Assembly (NCBI GenBank): GCA_902635865.1
Contig: CACPPD010000002.1
Coordinates: 90,887 to 154,886 of the forward strand
Reading direction: 5' to 3'
Origin: an uncultured Pelagibacteraceae bacterium
GTDB lineage: Bacteria > Pseudomonadota > Alphaproteobacteria > Pelagibacterales > Pelagibacteraceae
DNA: 64,000 nucleotides
Part shown: positions 1 through 10,316 of the stretch, in pieces
Position numbering within the stretch: position 1 is the stretch's first letter
Layout of the letters: each line of letters opens with the position of its first letter
Position numbers and translations under genes: made by a program
The notes under the pieces: generated by a model
What the model was told of the DNA's origin: nothing
Seen by the model: the letters and a program-made list of their open reading frames with translations, nothing else
Databases searched by the model: none

Positions 1-1
1 A

Positions 2-232
2 ATTAAGTCAATGTATAAGGAAAGGGAAGCTATTATGATAAAAAATCTCAATTTTATTGAAAATATGCAAAATCCTTATAATGAAACATGGATTTTAGAT
101 GGTCCAACAAAATATAAATTTAATCAAAAATTCTATAATTTAAGTAAATATATTTTACCAGTAGTTTTAAGTTTAATTATAATTTTTCTTTATATTTTAA
201 TTAAACTTTCAAGACAAGACAGACTAAATTGA
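2..232 (+). CDS. 5'-truncated membrane protein, possibly the C-terminus of a Wzz-like chain-length regulator
   Basis: Frame is open back to the window edge; ILDGPT followed by one C-terminal TM helix; glycan-island context. Confidence 0.4.
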   Translation: MKSMYKEREAIMIKNLNFIENMQNPYNETWILDGPTKYKFNQKFYNLSKYILPVVLSLIIIFLYILIKLSRQDRLN

Positions 233-1536
233 TTTTTTTTAATTTAAATCAGATTAAAATTTTATCTTTTTTAAGCTGCTCAATTATTCCACTTTTAGTT
301 ACAGGCCCTTTCTTACCAGATTTACTTCTCAGTCTATTATCATTATGGTTTATATATTATATAATTAAAAATAATTTGTTTTATATTCTTAAAAACAAAT
401 TTTTCTATTTATTTTTAGTGTTTTGTTTGTTTTGCATTTTTTCCTCATTGATGTCAGACAATATTAGGCTAAGTCTCGAAAGCTCTTTATTTTATTTTCG
501 TATAGGAGTCTTTTGTTTTTTAGTATCCTACTTAATCGATAAAGATAAAAATGTTTTAAATCATTTTTATTATACTCTAATTTTTACATTTAGCGTGTTA
601 ATTTTGTATGCTTTTATTCAATACTTTTTTAATTTGCATGCACACCCTTCAAGAATCTCCTCTTTTTTTGGTGATGAATTGATTTTAGGATCTTATCTAT
701 CTAGATTATTACCTCTCGTAATTGCACTTTTCATTATCAGACCCAATAAAAACGATTTAAAGAAATATCTATTTTTATTATTTGTTATATCCACTTATAT
801 GTGTGTCATCTTAAGCGGTGAAAGATCTGCATTTTTTTATATAAATATGTCATTAATATTTATTTTAATTTTTGTTAGGATAAATTTTAAGTTTTTAGTT
901 TCGATAATAGTTATTTTTACAACTATTTTTACTATTTTTTTTCTTACCCTTGAAAATAATCAAACTGGAAAACGTTTATTATCAAGATATACAAAAAGTG
1001 TCATAGATACAATGAATCTCGATTATTATTTTAACAAAGATAAAAATAATGAAAAAAGAGCAGAAAATACAATACCAGGAAGAAAAGGAATCATAATTTT
1101 TACAAATGTCCACGAAACACTCTACAGAACTGCATTTAATATGTTTCTTGATCGACCTATAATTGGTCATGGTCCTAAAATGTTTAGAGTTAAATGTAAA
1201 GATCCAAAATATTCAGAGATTATAGGATATTCTGAAACAGGCTCATGCATGACACATCCACATAATTTTTATATTCAATTATTATCAGAAACTGGAATAA
1301 TTGGTTTTAGTTTTCTATTTTTTATATTTACTTATGTAGTATTTCTTTCAGTAAAATATTTGTATTATAATTTTTTTAAAAAAAAAAAAATTTATTCAAA
1401 TTACAATGTTTGTATATTAGCCTGTCTTTTAATAACTGTTTGGCCAATTATACCTAATGGAAACTTTTTTAATAATTACTTAATGATAATTTATTCTTTA
1501 CCCCTAGGTTTTTTTCAAAAAAATTTTAAGTGGTAA
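229..1536 (+). CDS. O-antigen ligase family (WaaL/Wzy_C) membrane protein
   Basis: Many TM helices; SGERSA, GHGPKMFR and HPHNFYIQLLSETGIIG motifs. Confidence 0.85.
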   Translation: MIFFNLNQIKILSFLSCSIIPLLVTGPFLPDLLLSLLSLWFIYYIIKNNLFYILKNKFFYLFLVFCLFCIFSSLMSDNIRLSLESSLFYFRIGVFCFLVSYLIDKDKNVLNHFYYTLIFTFSVLILYAFIQYFFNLHAHPSRISSFFGDELILGSYLSRLLPLVIALFIIRPNKNDLKKYLFLLFVISTYMCVILSGERSAFFYINMSLIFILIFVRINFKFLVSIIVIFTTIFTIFFLTLENNQTGKRLLSRYTKSVIDTMNLDYYFNKDKNNEKRAENTIPGRKGIIIFTNVHETLYRTAFNMFLDRPIIGHGPKMFRVKCKDPKYSEIIGYSETGSCMTHPHNFYIQLLSETGIIGFSFLFFIFTYVVFLSVKYLYYNFFKKKKIYSNYNVCILACLLITVWPIIPNGNFFNNYLMIIYSLPLGFFQKNFKW

Positions 1537-1593
1537 TATTATATTTGTAGTATTTATTAATAAAAGTGATAGTTGTAATAATTATTATACATA

Positions 1594-2676
1594 ATGAAAA
1601 AAGCTTTAATAACTGGAATTACAGGTCAAGACGGATATTACTTAACTAAATTTCTCTTAAAAAAAGGCTACCATGTTTATGGCATTAAAAGGAGAACATC
1701 TTTAATTAATACACAAAGAATAGATGAATTCTTTAATGACAAAAAACTTCATGATAAAAAGTTCACTCTTTTCCATGGTGATATGACAGATAGCTCCAGT
1801 CTGATTGGGATATTAAATAAAATTAAACCAGATGAAATTTATAATTTAGCAGCCCAAAGTCATGTTCAGGTATCTTTTGAGATTCCAGAATATACTGCTA
1901 ATTCTGATGCGATAGGTGTGCTAAGACTTCTTGAGTCAGTCAGATCAGCAAATTTAATTAATAAAACTAAAATATATCAAGCTTCAACATCAGAACTTTA
2001 TGGAAAAGTAAAAGAAACTCCTCAGAACGAAAAAACTGCTTTTTATCCTAGAAGTCCATATGCTGTTGCTAAGCAATATGCTTATTGGATAGTAGTCAAT
2101 TACAGAGAAGCATATAACATGTTTGCTTGTAATGGTATTTTATTTAATCACGAGTCCCCTTTGAGAGGAGAAACATTTGTAACAAGAAAAATTACCATGG
2201 GATTATCAAGAATAAAGCTTGGTATTCAAAAAGAATTAATTTTAGGTAATTTGAATGCAAAAAGAGATTGGGGTCATGCAAAAGATTATGTAGAGGCAAT
2301 GTGGAAAATGATGCAATTAAAAAAACCCGACGATTTTGTTATCTCAACGGGGAAACAATACAGTGTAAGAGACTTTGTAAATAAATCAGCAAAATATTTG
2401 GGAATTAAAATTAAATGGACTGGTGCAGGAATTAATGAAAGAGGGATTGATAAAAAAACTGGCAAAGTATTAATTAGAGTTGGAAAAAGATACTTTAGAC
2501 CAACAGAAGTTGAAACTCTTCTAGGCAATTCAAAAAAAGCAAAAAAAATCTTAAATTGGAAGCCAAAAATTTCCTTCGATCAACTTGTAAAAGAAATGGT
2601 AACTTATGATCTTCAGAAAGCTAAATTAGAAGAAGAAATAAGTTTATTTAAATCCAAAAATAATGTTAAAAGATAA
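1594..2676 (+). CDS. gmd: GDP-mannose 4,6-dehydratase
   Basis: [46 protein letters not shown]. Confidence 0.98.
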   Translation: MKKALITGITGQDGYYLTKFLLKKGYHVYGIKRRTSLINTQRIDEFFNDKKLHDKKFTLFHGDMTDSSSLIGILNKIKPDEIYNLAAQSHVQVSFEIPEYTANSDAIGVLRLLESVRSANLINKTKIYQASTSELYGKVKETPQNEKTAFYPRSPYAVAKQYAYWIVVNYREAYNMFACNGILFNHESPLRGETFVTRKITMGLSRIKLGIQKELILGNLNAKRDWGHAKDYVEAMWKMMQLKKPDDFVISTGKQYSVRDFVNKSAKYLGIKIKWTGAGINERGIDKKTGKVLIRVGKRYFRPTEVETLLGNSKKAKKILNWKPKISFDQLVKEMVTYDLQKAKLEEEISLFKSKNNVKR

Positions 2677-3628
2677 GATTTTTGTTGCTGGCCATAAAGG
2701 AATGGTTGGATCATCAATTGTAAAACATTTACAAGAAAATGGTTATAAAAATATAATTACAAAGTCACATATAGAACTTGATTTAACTAATCAAAAAGCA
2801 GTAATAGATTTTTTTAAAAAAAAAAAAATTAATCAAATATACTTGGCTGCAGCTAAAGTTGGTGGTATTTATGCCAATTCAAAATTTCCGGCAGAATTTA
2901 TTTATAAAAATTTAATGATCGAGGCAAATATTATTCATTCTGCTTATTTATGTGGAGTTAAAAAACTTTTATTTTTAGGATCAAGCTGCATTTATCCTAA
3001 AAAGATAAAAATACCAATTAAAGAAGAAGACCTTTTGTCAAATAAATTAGAATTCACAAACGAACCTTATGCTATTGCAAAAATAGCAGGTATAAAAATG
3101 TGTGAAAGTTATAATAGACAGTATGGGAAAACTCACGGTTTAGATTATAGATCTATAATGCCTTCAAATTTATATGGGCCGGGAGATAACTACCATTTAA
3201 AAAATAGCCATGTAATACCAGCATTAATTAAAAAATTCCATAATTCAAAAAAAAAAAAATTACCTTTCGTAACTATTTGGGGGACTGGTAAGCCAAAGCG
3301 AGAATTTTTACATGTTCATGATTTAGCTAAAGCGTGCATCCATGTTATGAATATTAATAAAAAATTATACTATAGCAACTTAAGTAAATTTAGCAGTCAC
3401 ATAAACGTAGGAAGTGGAAAGGAAATAACAATAAAAGAATTAGCTGAAATAATCAGAGAAACAGTAGGTTATAATGGTAAAATCAAATTTGATAAATCTA
3501 AACCTGACGGTACATTATCAAAATTAATGGATAACAGTCGTATAAGAAAATTAAAGTGGAAAGATGAAATTAATTTAGAAGATGGTTTAAAGCAGGTGTA
3601 TTCTGATTTTAAAAAAAAAATTAAATAA
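2663..3628 (+). CDS. fcl: GDP-L-fucose synthase
   Basis: [35 protein letters not shown]; overlaps gmd. Confidence 0.97.
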   Translation: MLKDKIFVAGHKGMVGSSIVKHLQENGYKNIITKSHIELDLTNQKAVIDFFKKKKINQIYLAAAKVGGIYANSKFPAEFIYKNLMIEANIIHSAYLCGVKKLLFLGSSCIYPKKIKIPIKEEDLLSNKLEFTNEPYAIAKIAGIKMCESYNRQYGKTHGLDYRSIMPSNLYGPGDNYHLKNSHVIPALIKKFHNSKKKKLPFVTIWGTGKPKREFLHVHDLAKACIHVMNINKKLYYSNLSKFSSHINVGSGKEITIKELAEIIRETVGYNGKIKFDKSKPDGTLSKLMDNSRIRKLKWKDEINLEDGLKQVYSDFKKKIK

Positions 3629-3672
3629 AAATTTTTGTCTAAATAATTGAAATTAAATTTATTTTTTAAAAA

Positions 3673-4431
3673 ATGAAATATATTATTTTTATTAAATCTC
3701 TGTACACATATACAAAAAACAGTTTAATTTCATTTCTAAGCTTTTTAATCATAAAACTAATCCCTAAGAAAAACATTTTAAAATTAATTACTTCCTTGGA
3801 AAATAAAAATGTACTTGTACTTGGTACTGGACCAAGTTTAGACAAATTAAATCAAAAGCTTATTGACGAGTATGATATAATTTTTTTTCTAAATAATGCA
3901 ATTAATGTCTCAAAGATATTCAATTTTGAAAAAAAAAAAAAAATATTTTTTAATTCCGATTTGTTTAGATTTAAGCAATTAAAAAAAAATATTTCTACTT
4001 TAGATAATTCTTGGATATATGTTTTTATCCCAATTCATCTTCAATTATTTTTAAGTTTTATTTATTTTTACTTTAATAGAAATGCTTATTTATTAGTTCC
4101 AAAATATAGGATAGGTTTCCCATTTGAAAAAAATGTAACAAAATCATTCATAACATATTGCCTCGCAGGAAATTATGAAACAAAAAATAAATTAAATATA
4201 AATAATTTTAAAGCTTTCCCACACACAGTTGCTTTAAATGCTTTTTATTTTTTAATTTCAAGCAGAGTAAACAAATTACATTATCTTGGATGTGATTTTA
4301 GTTCAGGGAAATCATCGTACACTCAATACAAAGGAGCAGGTAATCTTAAGAACAAGAAAGTTTATCTTTGGGTAAATAAGTTAAAAAAATTATCAAAATA
4401 TTATTCTATAGATTTTAAAGATTTAAAATAA
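3673..4431 (+). CDS. DUF115/Maf/Cst-II-like putative (nonulosonate) glycosyltransferase
   Basis: VLVLGTGPSL...FLNNA...LHYLGCDFS pattern resembles the GNGPSL...GIDF signature. Confidence 0.55.
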   Translation: MKYIIFIKSLYTYTKNSLISFLSFLIIKLIPKKNILKLITSLENKNVLVLGTGPSLDKLNQKLIDEYDIIFFLNNAINVSKIFNFEKKKKIFFNSDLFRFKQLKKNISTLDNSWIYVFIPIHLQLFLSFIYFYFNRNAYLLVPKYRIGFPFEKNVTKSFITYCLAGNYETKNKLNINNFKAFPHTVALNAFYFLISSRVNKLHYLGCDFSSGKSSYTQYKGAGNLKNKKVYLWVNKLKKLSKYYSIDFKDLK

Positions 4432-4483
4432 TAGACTCAAATTTTGATTAATGAAAGAAAGCTAGATTAAAGTTTTTATTCCT

Positions 4484-5728
4484 ATGAAGATTGTTCATTT
4501 GAGTCATTCAGATATTTCCGGAGGTGCTAGTAGAGCAGCTTATAGAGTTCACAACATGCTTATAAAGAATAATATAAATTCCTTAATGTGGGTAGATAAT
4601 AAAAAGTCGGATAGCAAAACAGTATTTGGTCCTAGCTCAAAAATAGAAAAATTTATAAATGATAAAAAGCAACATTTGAGATTTCCTATAAACAAAATCT
4701 TAAAATCAAAATTTTTTGGAATGCATTCACCTTCCATATTGCCCTCTAAATGGCTTAATAAAATAAATTTTAGTGATGCAGATATAATTCACTTGCATTG
4801 GATTCAAGGTGAAATGCTTTCAATTAAAGAAATTAGCAAAATAACAAAACCAATTATCTGGACATTTCATGACATGTGGCCTTTTTGTGGATGTGAACAT
4901 TATGCTTATAACTTGAGATATTCCGAAGGATATAAAATTTTAAATAAGTCTCAAAATGAGTACCGGTTTTTTGATATAAATCGTTGGCGCTGGGAACAAA
5001 AAATTAAATTTTTTAAAAAACCAATTCAAATTATATCACCCTCAAATTGGATGACCGATTGTATAAAAAAAAGTTTCTTAATGAAAAATTGGCCAGTTCA
5101 AACAATTCCTCATCCAATTGATGTATTGAAATGGTATCCATTAGAAAAAAATATTTTAAGAAAAGAATTAAATTTACCGTTAAATTCAAAAATCATCATT
5201 TTTGGGGCGGCTGGAGGTGTAAATGATTTGCGCAAAGGATTTAAATTGTTTCAAAATGCATTGAATTATTTAAAAGACTCAATTGGGTATAAAAATTTAA
5301 ACTTAATTATATTTGGAGGGAATAATAAAGATTTTCATAAAGAAACAGATTATAAAACTTATTACTTTAATGAAATACATGATGATAATTTTCTTCAAAA
5401 GTTATATAGTGTTGCAGACGTTTTAATTGTTCCATCAAAAATAGAAACTTTTGGGCAGACAGCTTTAGAGGCATTAGCATGTGGAACTCCAGTAGTTGCT
5501 TTTAGAAACACAGGTCTTACAGATATAATTGAGCATAAAAAAAATGGTTATCTTGCTGAGTTTTTAAATGAGAGGGATTTAGCAATAGGTATTAGTTGGG
5601 TATTAGAAAATTCAAATAAAGATATTTTGAATAGAAATTCTAGAGAAAGAGCTGAAAAATATTTCTCTGAGAATGTAATTATAAAAAAATACTTAAATAT
5701 TTATCAAAATTTACTATTAAAGAAATGA
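4484..5728 (+). CDS. GT4 glycosyltransferase (WcaC-like)
   Basis: GGASRAAYR, IIHLHW, WTFHDMWPFCG, ETFGQTALEALACGTPVV. Confidence 0.92.
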   Translation: MKIVHLSHSDISGGASRAAYRVHNMLIKNNINSLMWVDNKKSDSKTVFGPSSKIEKFINDKKQHLRFPINKILKSKFFGMHSPSILPSKWLNKINFSDADIIHLHWIQGEMLSIKEISKITKPIIWTFHDMWPFCGCEHYAYNLRYSEGYKILNKSQNEYRFFDINRWRWEQKIKFFKKPIQIISPSNWMTDCIKKSFLMKNWPVQTIPHPIDVLKWYPLEKNILRKELNLPLNSKIIIFGAAGGVNDLRKGFKLFQNALNYLKDSIGYKNLNLIIFGGNNKDFHKETDYKTYYFNEIHDDNFLQKLYSVADVLIVPSKIETFGQTALEALACGTPVVAFRNTGLTDIIEHKKNGYLAEFLNERDLAIGISWVLENSNKDILNRNSRERAEKYFSENVIIKKYLNIYQNLLLKK

Positions 5729-5732
5729 TATT

Positions 5733-6572
5733 ATGAAGAAACACATTTATCATAAAAAAGTTCAACAAAAATTTCGACATCCAAGGAGTTATAAAAATTA
5801 TCTTAAAAAAACAAAAAAAAATGAACCATTGATTACAATTATAACTGTAACCTATAATTGTGGTAATCTGCTAGAACAAACTATTAAAAGTGTCAAAAGT
5901 TTAGCTTACAATAATTTAGAGTATATAATAATTGATGGTAAATCTAAAGATCAGACCATAGATATTATAAAAAAATATAACAATTCCATTGATTTTTGGA
6001 TGTCACAAAAAGATAGCGGTATTTATAACGCAATGAATAAAGGTATAAAATATGCCTCGGGTGATGCAATTTTTTTTCTTAATGCTGGAGATAAATTGAG
6101 AAATAGAGAATTTATAAATTTAATAAAATACTATAATAAAAATAATAAATTATATGGTAACAATTTTGTTTTATATGGAACTACAAAATATAAAAAAGGT
6201 TATCCTGGATTTTCATTTTTAAAAGAAAATTTTATTCCATTTCTTGGTAGACTTCCTTCCCATCAATCTATGTTAATACCAAGAAAACTTCAGCTTAGAA
6301 ATATGTATGATGAAAAATTTCCAATTAGTGCAGACAAAGATTTCAAATTAAAAATATATAAAAAAAAAGTAAGATATATAAATAAAAATTTTATAGTATG
6401 CCTAAGCTTACCAGATGGTAAATCGCAGAATATAAAAAATCATTTAAATTTAAGAGTTCGCACTTTGGAAATTTATAATATATTTAGAAAAAATTATAAT
6501 TTTTTATGGGCATTTATTTACTCCTCAATGTTTTATTTGTGGAACTTTAGAAAAATAATAAATAAAGATTAA
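5733..6572 (+). CDS. GT2 glycosyltransferase (WcaE-like)
   Basis: ITIITVTYN, IIIDGKSKD, DSGIYNAMNKG, FLNAGD. Confidence 0.9.
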   Translation: MKKHIYHKKVQQKFRHPRSYKNYLKKTKKNEPLITIITVTYNCGNLLEQTIKSVKSLAYNNLEYIIIDGKSKDQTIDIIKKYNNSIDFWMSQKDSGIYNAMNKGIKYASGDAIFFLNAGDKLRNREFINLIKYYNKNNKLYGNNFVLYGTTKYKKGYPGFSFLKENFIPFLGRLPSHQSMLIPRKLQLRNMYDEKFPISADKDFKLKIYKKKVRYINKNFIVCLSLPDGKSQNIKNHLNLRVRTLEIYNIFRKNYNFLWAFIYSSMFYLWNFRKIINKD

Positions 6573-6578
6573 AGCTTA

Positions 6579-7769
6579 ATGATAAAATTTAAGACTAAAA
6601 TGAGCAATTTATCTAAAAACTCTCTTAATTTAATTCTTTATTTATCAATTTCCTTTTATCCGATTTATTTGTTTGGGTCAGGATCAATTCAACTTTCACA
6701 TTTTTTATTATTAATATTTTCAATTATTGTTTTACTAAAAATAAATATTCCTTTGGATAGATATTTTTATACATTTTTATCTTTTGTAATTTACTGCTAT
6801 TTCGTAAGTATATTTTACCTTTATCATGACTTATATGTGTTTAATGATATTAATCTATATATCTCGTCTTCTAAAACGCCTACAATAAAATATTTAAGAG
6901 AGTTACTGTTTTTAACTTATAATTTTATTTTAACAATATCACTTTTATCATTTTTCAACTATCAAAAAAAATATATTGTAATTTTTTATGGTCTCTCAAC
7001 TGCGATATTAATAATTCTTTTTTCTTTAATATACGGAATTCTTAACGAAAGCCTAGCATTTCGTTTTACAGGGTATTTCAATAATCCAAATCAACTAGGA
7101 TATTTTTGTGTATGCATATTTTCATTAACTTATTTGCTTTATAGAAACTTATACATTCCTTATTATTTAATGGTTATTTTTCTATCAATAATAATTTTAT
7201 TTTCAGTTTTAACATTGTCAAAAGCATCTTATATATCTTTACTTTTGTGTGCGATATTCGCAATTAAGCCATATAACTATAAATATTTTAGATTATATGA
7301 AATTATAGCCGTATTATTTGTGATTTTTATATTTGTTTTATTTTTTAAAAATATTTCTGAAATGTTTTTTTTTGATCGAATATTGAACATGTGGACAGAG
7401 CAAGATAGCTCACTAGAAGTAAGGGGTTATCTAGTTTTTTTTGAAGCAAATTCTATTCAAGCTTTTTTTGGTATGGGAATAAAAAATGCAATAAATATTC
7501 AGAACTACGATATTCATTCTACTTTGGCAATGATTATATCTTCTTTTGGTTTTGTTGGTTTTGCAATTTTTTGTAGCTTATTATTATTTTGGATTTTAGA
7601 TATAAATAAATCCTATGGTTTCCGTGGAGTAATTTGCGTATGTGCTCCTTCTTTACTTTATGGTTTGACTCACAATGGAATAAGATTTTCTATATTTTGG
7701 ATTATGTTTGCTGTATCAATATATTTCAGCAAAGAAATTATTAAACAAAAAAACGTTAAAGATTTTTAA
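6579..7769 (+). CDS. Wzy-like O-antigen polymerase / ligase-family membrane protein
   Basis: About 10 TM segments; RFTGYFNNPNQLG, LSKAS, DIHST. Confidence 0.7.
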   Translation: MIKFKTKMSNLSKNSLNLILYLSISFYPIYLFGSGSIQLSHFLLLIFSIIVLLKINIPLDRYFYTFLSFVIYCYFVSIFYLYHDLYVFNDINLYISSSKTPTIKYLRELLFLTYNFILTISLLSFFNYQKKYIVIFYGLSTAILIILFSLIYGILNESLAFRFTGYFNNPNQLGYFCVCIFSLTYLLYRNLYIPYYLMVIFLSIIILFSVLTLSKASYISLLLCAIFAIKPYNYKYFRLYEIIAVLFVIFIFVLFFKNISEMFFFDRILNMWTEQDSSLEVRGYLVFFEANSIQAFFGMGIKNAINIQNYDIHSTLAMIISSFGFVGFAIFCSLLLFWILDINKSYGFRGVICVCAPSLLYGLTHNGIRFSIFWIMFAVSIYFSKEIIKQKNVKDF

Positions 7770-7834
7770 ATAAAAAGTAATTTTAAGTCATTTAAAATTA
7801 ATATAAACAAATACTTAAAATTTGAATTTTTATA

Positions 7835-9109
7835 ATGAATATTAAAAAGCTTAAATTGGGTATAATTGGATTGGGATATGTAGGTTTACCTTTAGCTGTG
7901 GAATTTTCAAAAAAAAGAAAAGTTATTGGTTATGATATTAGCGCTTCTAGAATTAAAGAGTTAAAACGTGGTTTTGATAGGACATTAGAAATTAACAATG
8001 GAAGTTTTAAAATTAATAGAAATTTAGAACTAGCTAACAAAATTGAAAAAATTAAAAATTGTAATTGTTACATTGTTACAGTACCAACACCAATAAACAA
8101 AAGTAACAAACCAGACTTATCTTTATTATTTAAAGCAACAAAATCAATTGCAAAAATTCTTAAACCCAAAGATATTGTAATTTATGAGTCCACAGTTTAT
8201 CCAGGCTGTACTGAAGAAAAATGTGTACCAATATTAGAAAAAATATCAGGACTAAAATTTAATAAGGATTTTTTTTGTGGTTATAGTCCTGAAAGAATAA
8301 ATCCTGGAGATAAAAAACACAGAATTAAAGACATTAAAAAAATTGTTTCTGGTTCTACAAGTAAAATAACCAATTTAATTGATAAACTTTATAACGAAAT
8401 TATAGTTGCCGGGACTTATAAGGTTAAAAGTATTATTATTGCTGAAGCTGCGAAAGTTATTGAAAATACTCAAAGAGATTTAAATATTGCCTTACTTAAT
8501 GAATTATCATTAATTTTTAATAAATTAAAAATAAATACTTCAGAAGTAATTTCTGCAGCCAAAACAAAATGGAATTTTATCCCATTTTTTCCTGGACTAG
8601 TTGGAGGTCACTGTATTGGAGTTGACCCATACTATTTGACATTTAAAGCCGAAAAATTAGGACATAAACCTAAAATTATTTTAGCTGGGAGAAATTTAAA
8701 TAACAATATGAGTTCATATGTTGTATCTCAATTTATTAATCATTTAAAAAGAAAAAACATTAAAATTAAAAACGCAAAAATTTTAATTCTTGGACTGACT
8801 TTTAAAGAAAATTGCCCAGATTTAAGAAATTCAAGAATCAAAGATATTTTTATAAAATTAAAAAACAAAAATTGCAAAATTGATTTATATGATCCATTAG
8901 CAGAACAAAAAGAAATACAATATGTATATAAGAAAAAAAAAATTTCTAAATTTTTAAAAAATAAATATGATGGTATAATTATTTCAGTTGGTCATGATGA
9001 ATTTAAAAAAATGGGAATTGGTTATATTAAATCTTTATGTAAAAATAATCATATCATTTTTGACTTAAAAAGTTTATTTAATAAGAAATTTTCTAACTTT
9101 CAGCTATAA
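7835..9109 (+). CDS. UDP-N-acetylhexosamine 6-dehydrogenase (TviB/WbpO family)
   Basis: GLGYVGLPLA, YESTVYPG, YSPERINPGD, GLVGGHCIGVDPYYL, TFKENCPD. Confidence 0.95.
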   Translation: MNIKKLKLGIIGLGYVGLPLAVEFSKKRKVIGYDISASRIKELKRGFDRTLEINNGSFKINRNLELANKIEKIKNCNCYIVTVPTPINKSNKPDLSLLFKATKSIAKILKPKDIVIYESTVYPGCTEEKCVPILEKISGLKFNKDFFCGYSPERINPGDKKHRIKDIKKIVSGSTSKITNLIDKLYNEIIVAGTYKVKSIIIAEAAKVIENTQRDLNIALLNELSLIFNKLKINTSEVISAAKTKWNFIPFFPGLVGGHCIGVDPYYLTFKAEKLGHKPKIILAGRNLNNNMSSYVVSQFINHLKRKNIKIKNAKILILGLTFKENCPDLRNSRIKDIFIKLKNKNCKIDLYDPLAEQKEIQYVYKKKKISKFLKNKYDGIIISVGHDEFKKMGIGYIKSLCKNNHIIFDLKSLFNKKFSNFQL

Positions 9110-9185
9110 TGTCAATTGATAAGTAATTAAATAAAATAAAAATTATTAATTTCACAAGGTTTAAAGAAATGAGAGAAATTTTAAA

Positions 9186-10310
9186 ATGACTAAACGTTTA
9201 ATTATAGTATCAAATAGTTCATCAAGTGTAATTAATTTTAGAGGCCAATTAATTAAACAACTAATAAATGAAAATTTTAAAGTTTTAGTTATTGTACCTA
9301 AAAACGAATTTACTACTGATTTTGAAAACAAGATTTTAAAATTAGGAGCTTCAGTATCGACTATACCCTTAGATAGAGCAGGTTTAAATCCGATGCGTGA
9401 CTTTATATCTTTTTTAGCTTTAAAATCTGAATTTAAAAAATTTAAACCAGATATAATTTTATCATATACATCTAAACCAATTATATATAGTGGTTTTGCA
9501 ATTAAAAATAATACCAATATAAAATTTTTTCCAAATTTAACAGGTTTAGGTTATGGATTTACAGAAGAATTGAAATTAAAACGAATAATTATTAATTTTA
9601 TATTAAAAAAATTATATAAATTATCTCTAAAATTTTCCTCAGCAATTATTTTTCAGAACCCAGATGATGAAAGTTTATTTAATGATTTAAATATTATAAA
9701 AAATAAAAAAACATTTGTTGTAAATGGTTCAGGGGTAGACTTAAATTTTTATTCTCCTAAAAGTTTACCCTCTAAACCTATATTTTTGATGTTGTCTCGA
9801 TTAGTCGCTGACAAAGGAGTTATTGAGTATTGTGAAGCTGCAAAAGAAATTCGCAGTAAATTTCCTGACGTAGAATTTCAATTAGCTGGATCTTTTGATA
9901 AAAATCCATCAGGTCTGAAATATAATCAAATTAAACCCTTTATTGAATCAAAAGATATAAATTATTTAGGTTATTTAAATGACGTTAGAAATGCACTAAT
10001 AAAATGCAAATTTTATGTTTTACCTTCTTATAGAGAAGGAACTCCAAGATCGGTTTTAGAGGCAATGTCTATCGGAAGACCAATTATAACAACAGATACA
10101 GTTGGTTGCAAAGAAACAGTTGTAAATGGTGTTAATGGATTATTAGTACCGATTAAGGATAAAAAATCCTTAGTAATAGCAATAAAAAGAATGCTTGAGT
10201 ATGATGAAAAAAAAATAAATCATATGGCTAGTGAAAGTATTAGATTAGTCAAAGAAAAATATGATGTTATAAAAGTAAATCAGAACATAATTCAAATTAT
10301 TAAAAATTAA
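9186..10310 (+). CDS. GT4 glycosyltransferase, PglA-like
   Basis: NFRGQLI, YTSKPIIY, FQNPDD, NGSGVD, PSYREGTPRSVLEAM. Confidence 0.9.
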   Translation: MTKRLIIVSNSSSSVINFRGQLIKQLINENFKVLVIVPKNEFTTDFENKILKLGASVSTIPLDRAGLNPMRDFISFLALKSEFKKFKPDIILSYTSKPIIYSGFAIKNNTNIKFFPNLTGLGYGFTEELKLKRIIINFILKKLYKLSLKFSSAIIFQNPDDESLFNDLNIIKNKKTFVVNGSGVDLNFYSPKSLPSKPIFLMLSRLVADKGVIEYCEAAKEIRSKFPDVEFQLAGSFDKNPSGLKYNQIKPFIESKDINYLGYLNDVRNALIKCKFYVLPSYREGTPRSVLEAMSIGRPIITTDTVGCKETVVNGVNGLLVPIKDKKSLVIAIKRMLEYDEKKINHMASESIRLVKEKYDVIKVNQNIIQIIKN

Positions 10311-10316
10311 TAAGTC

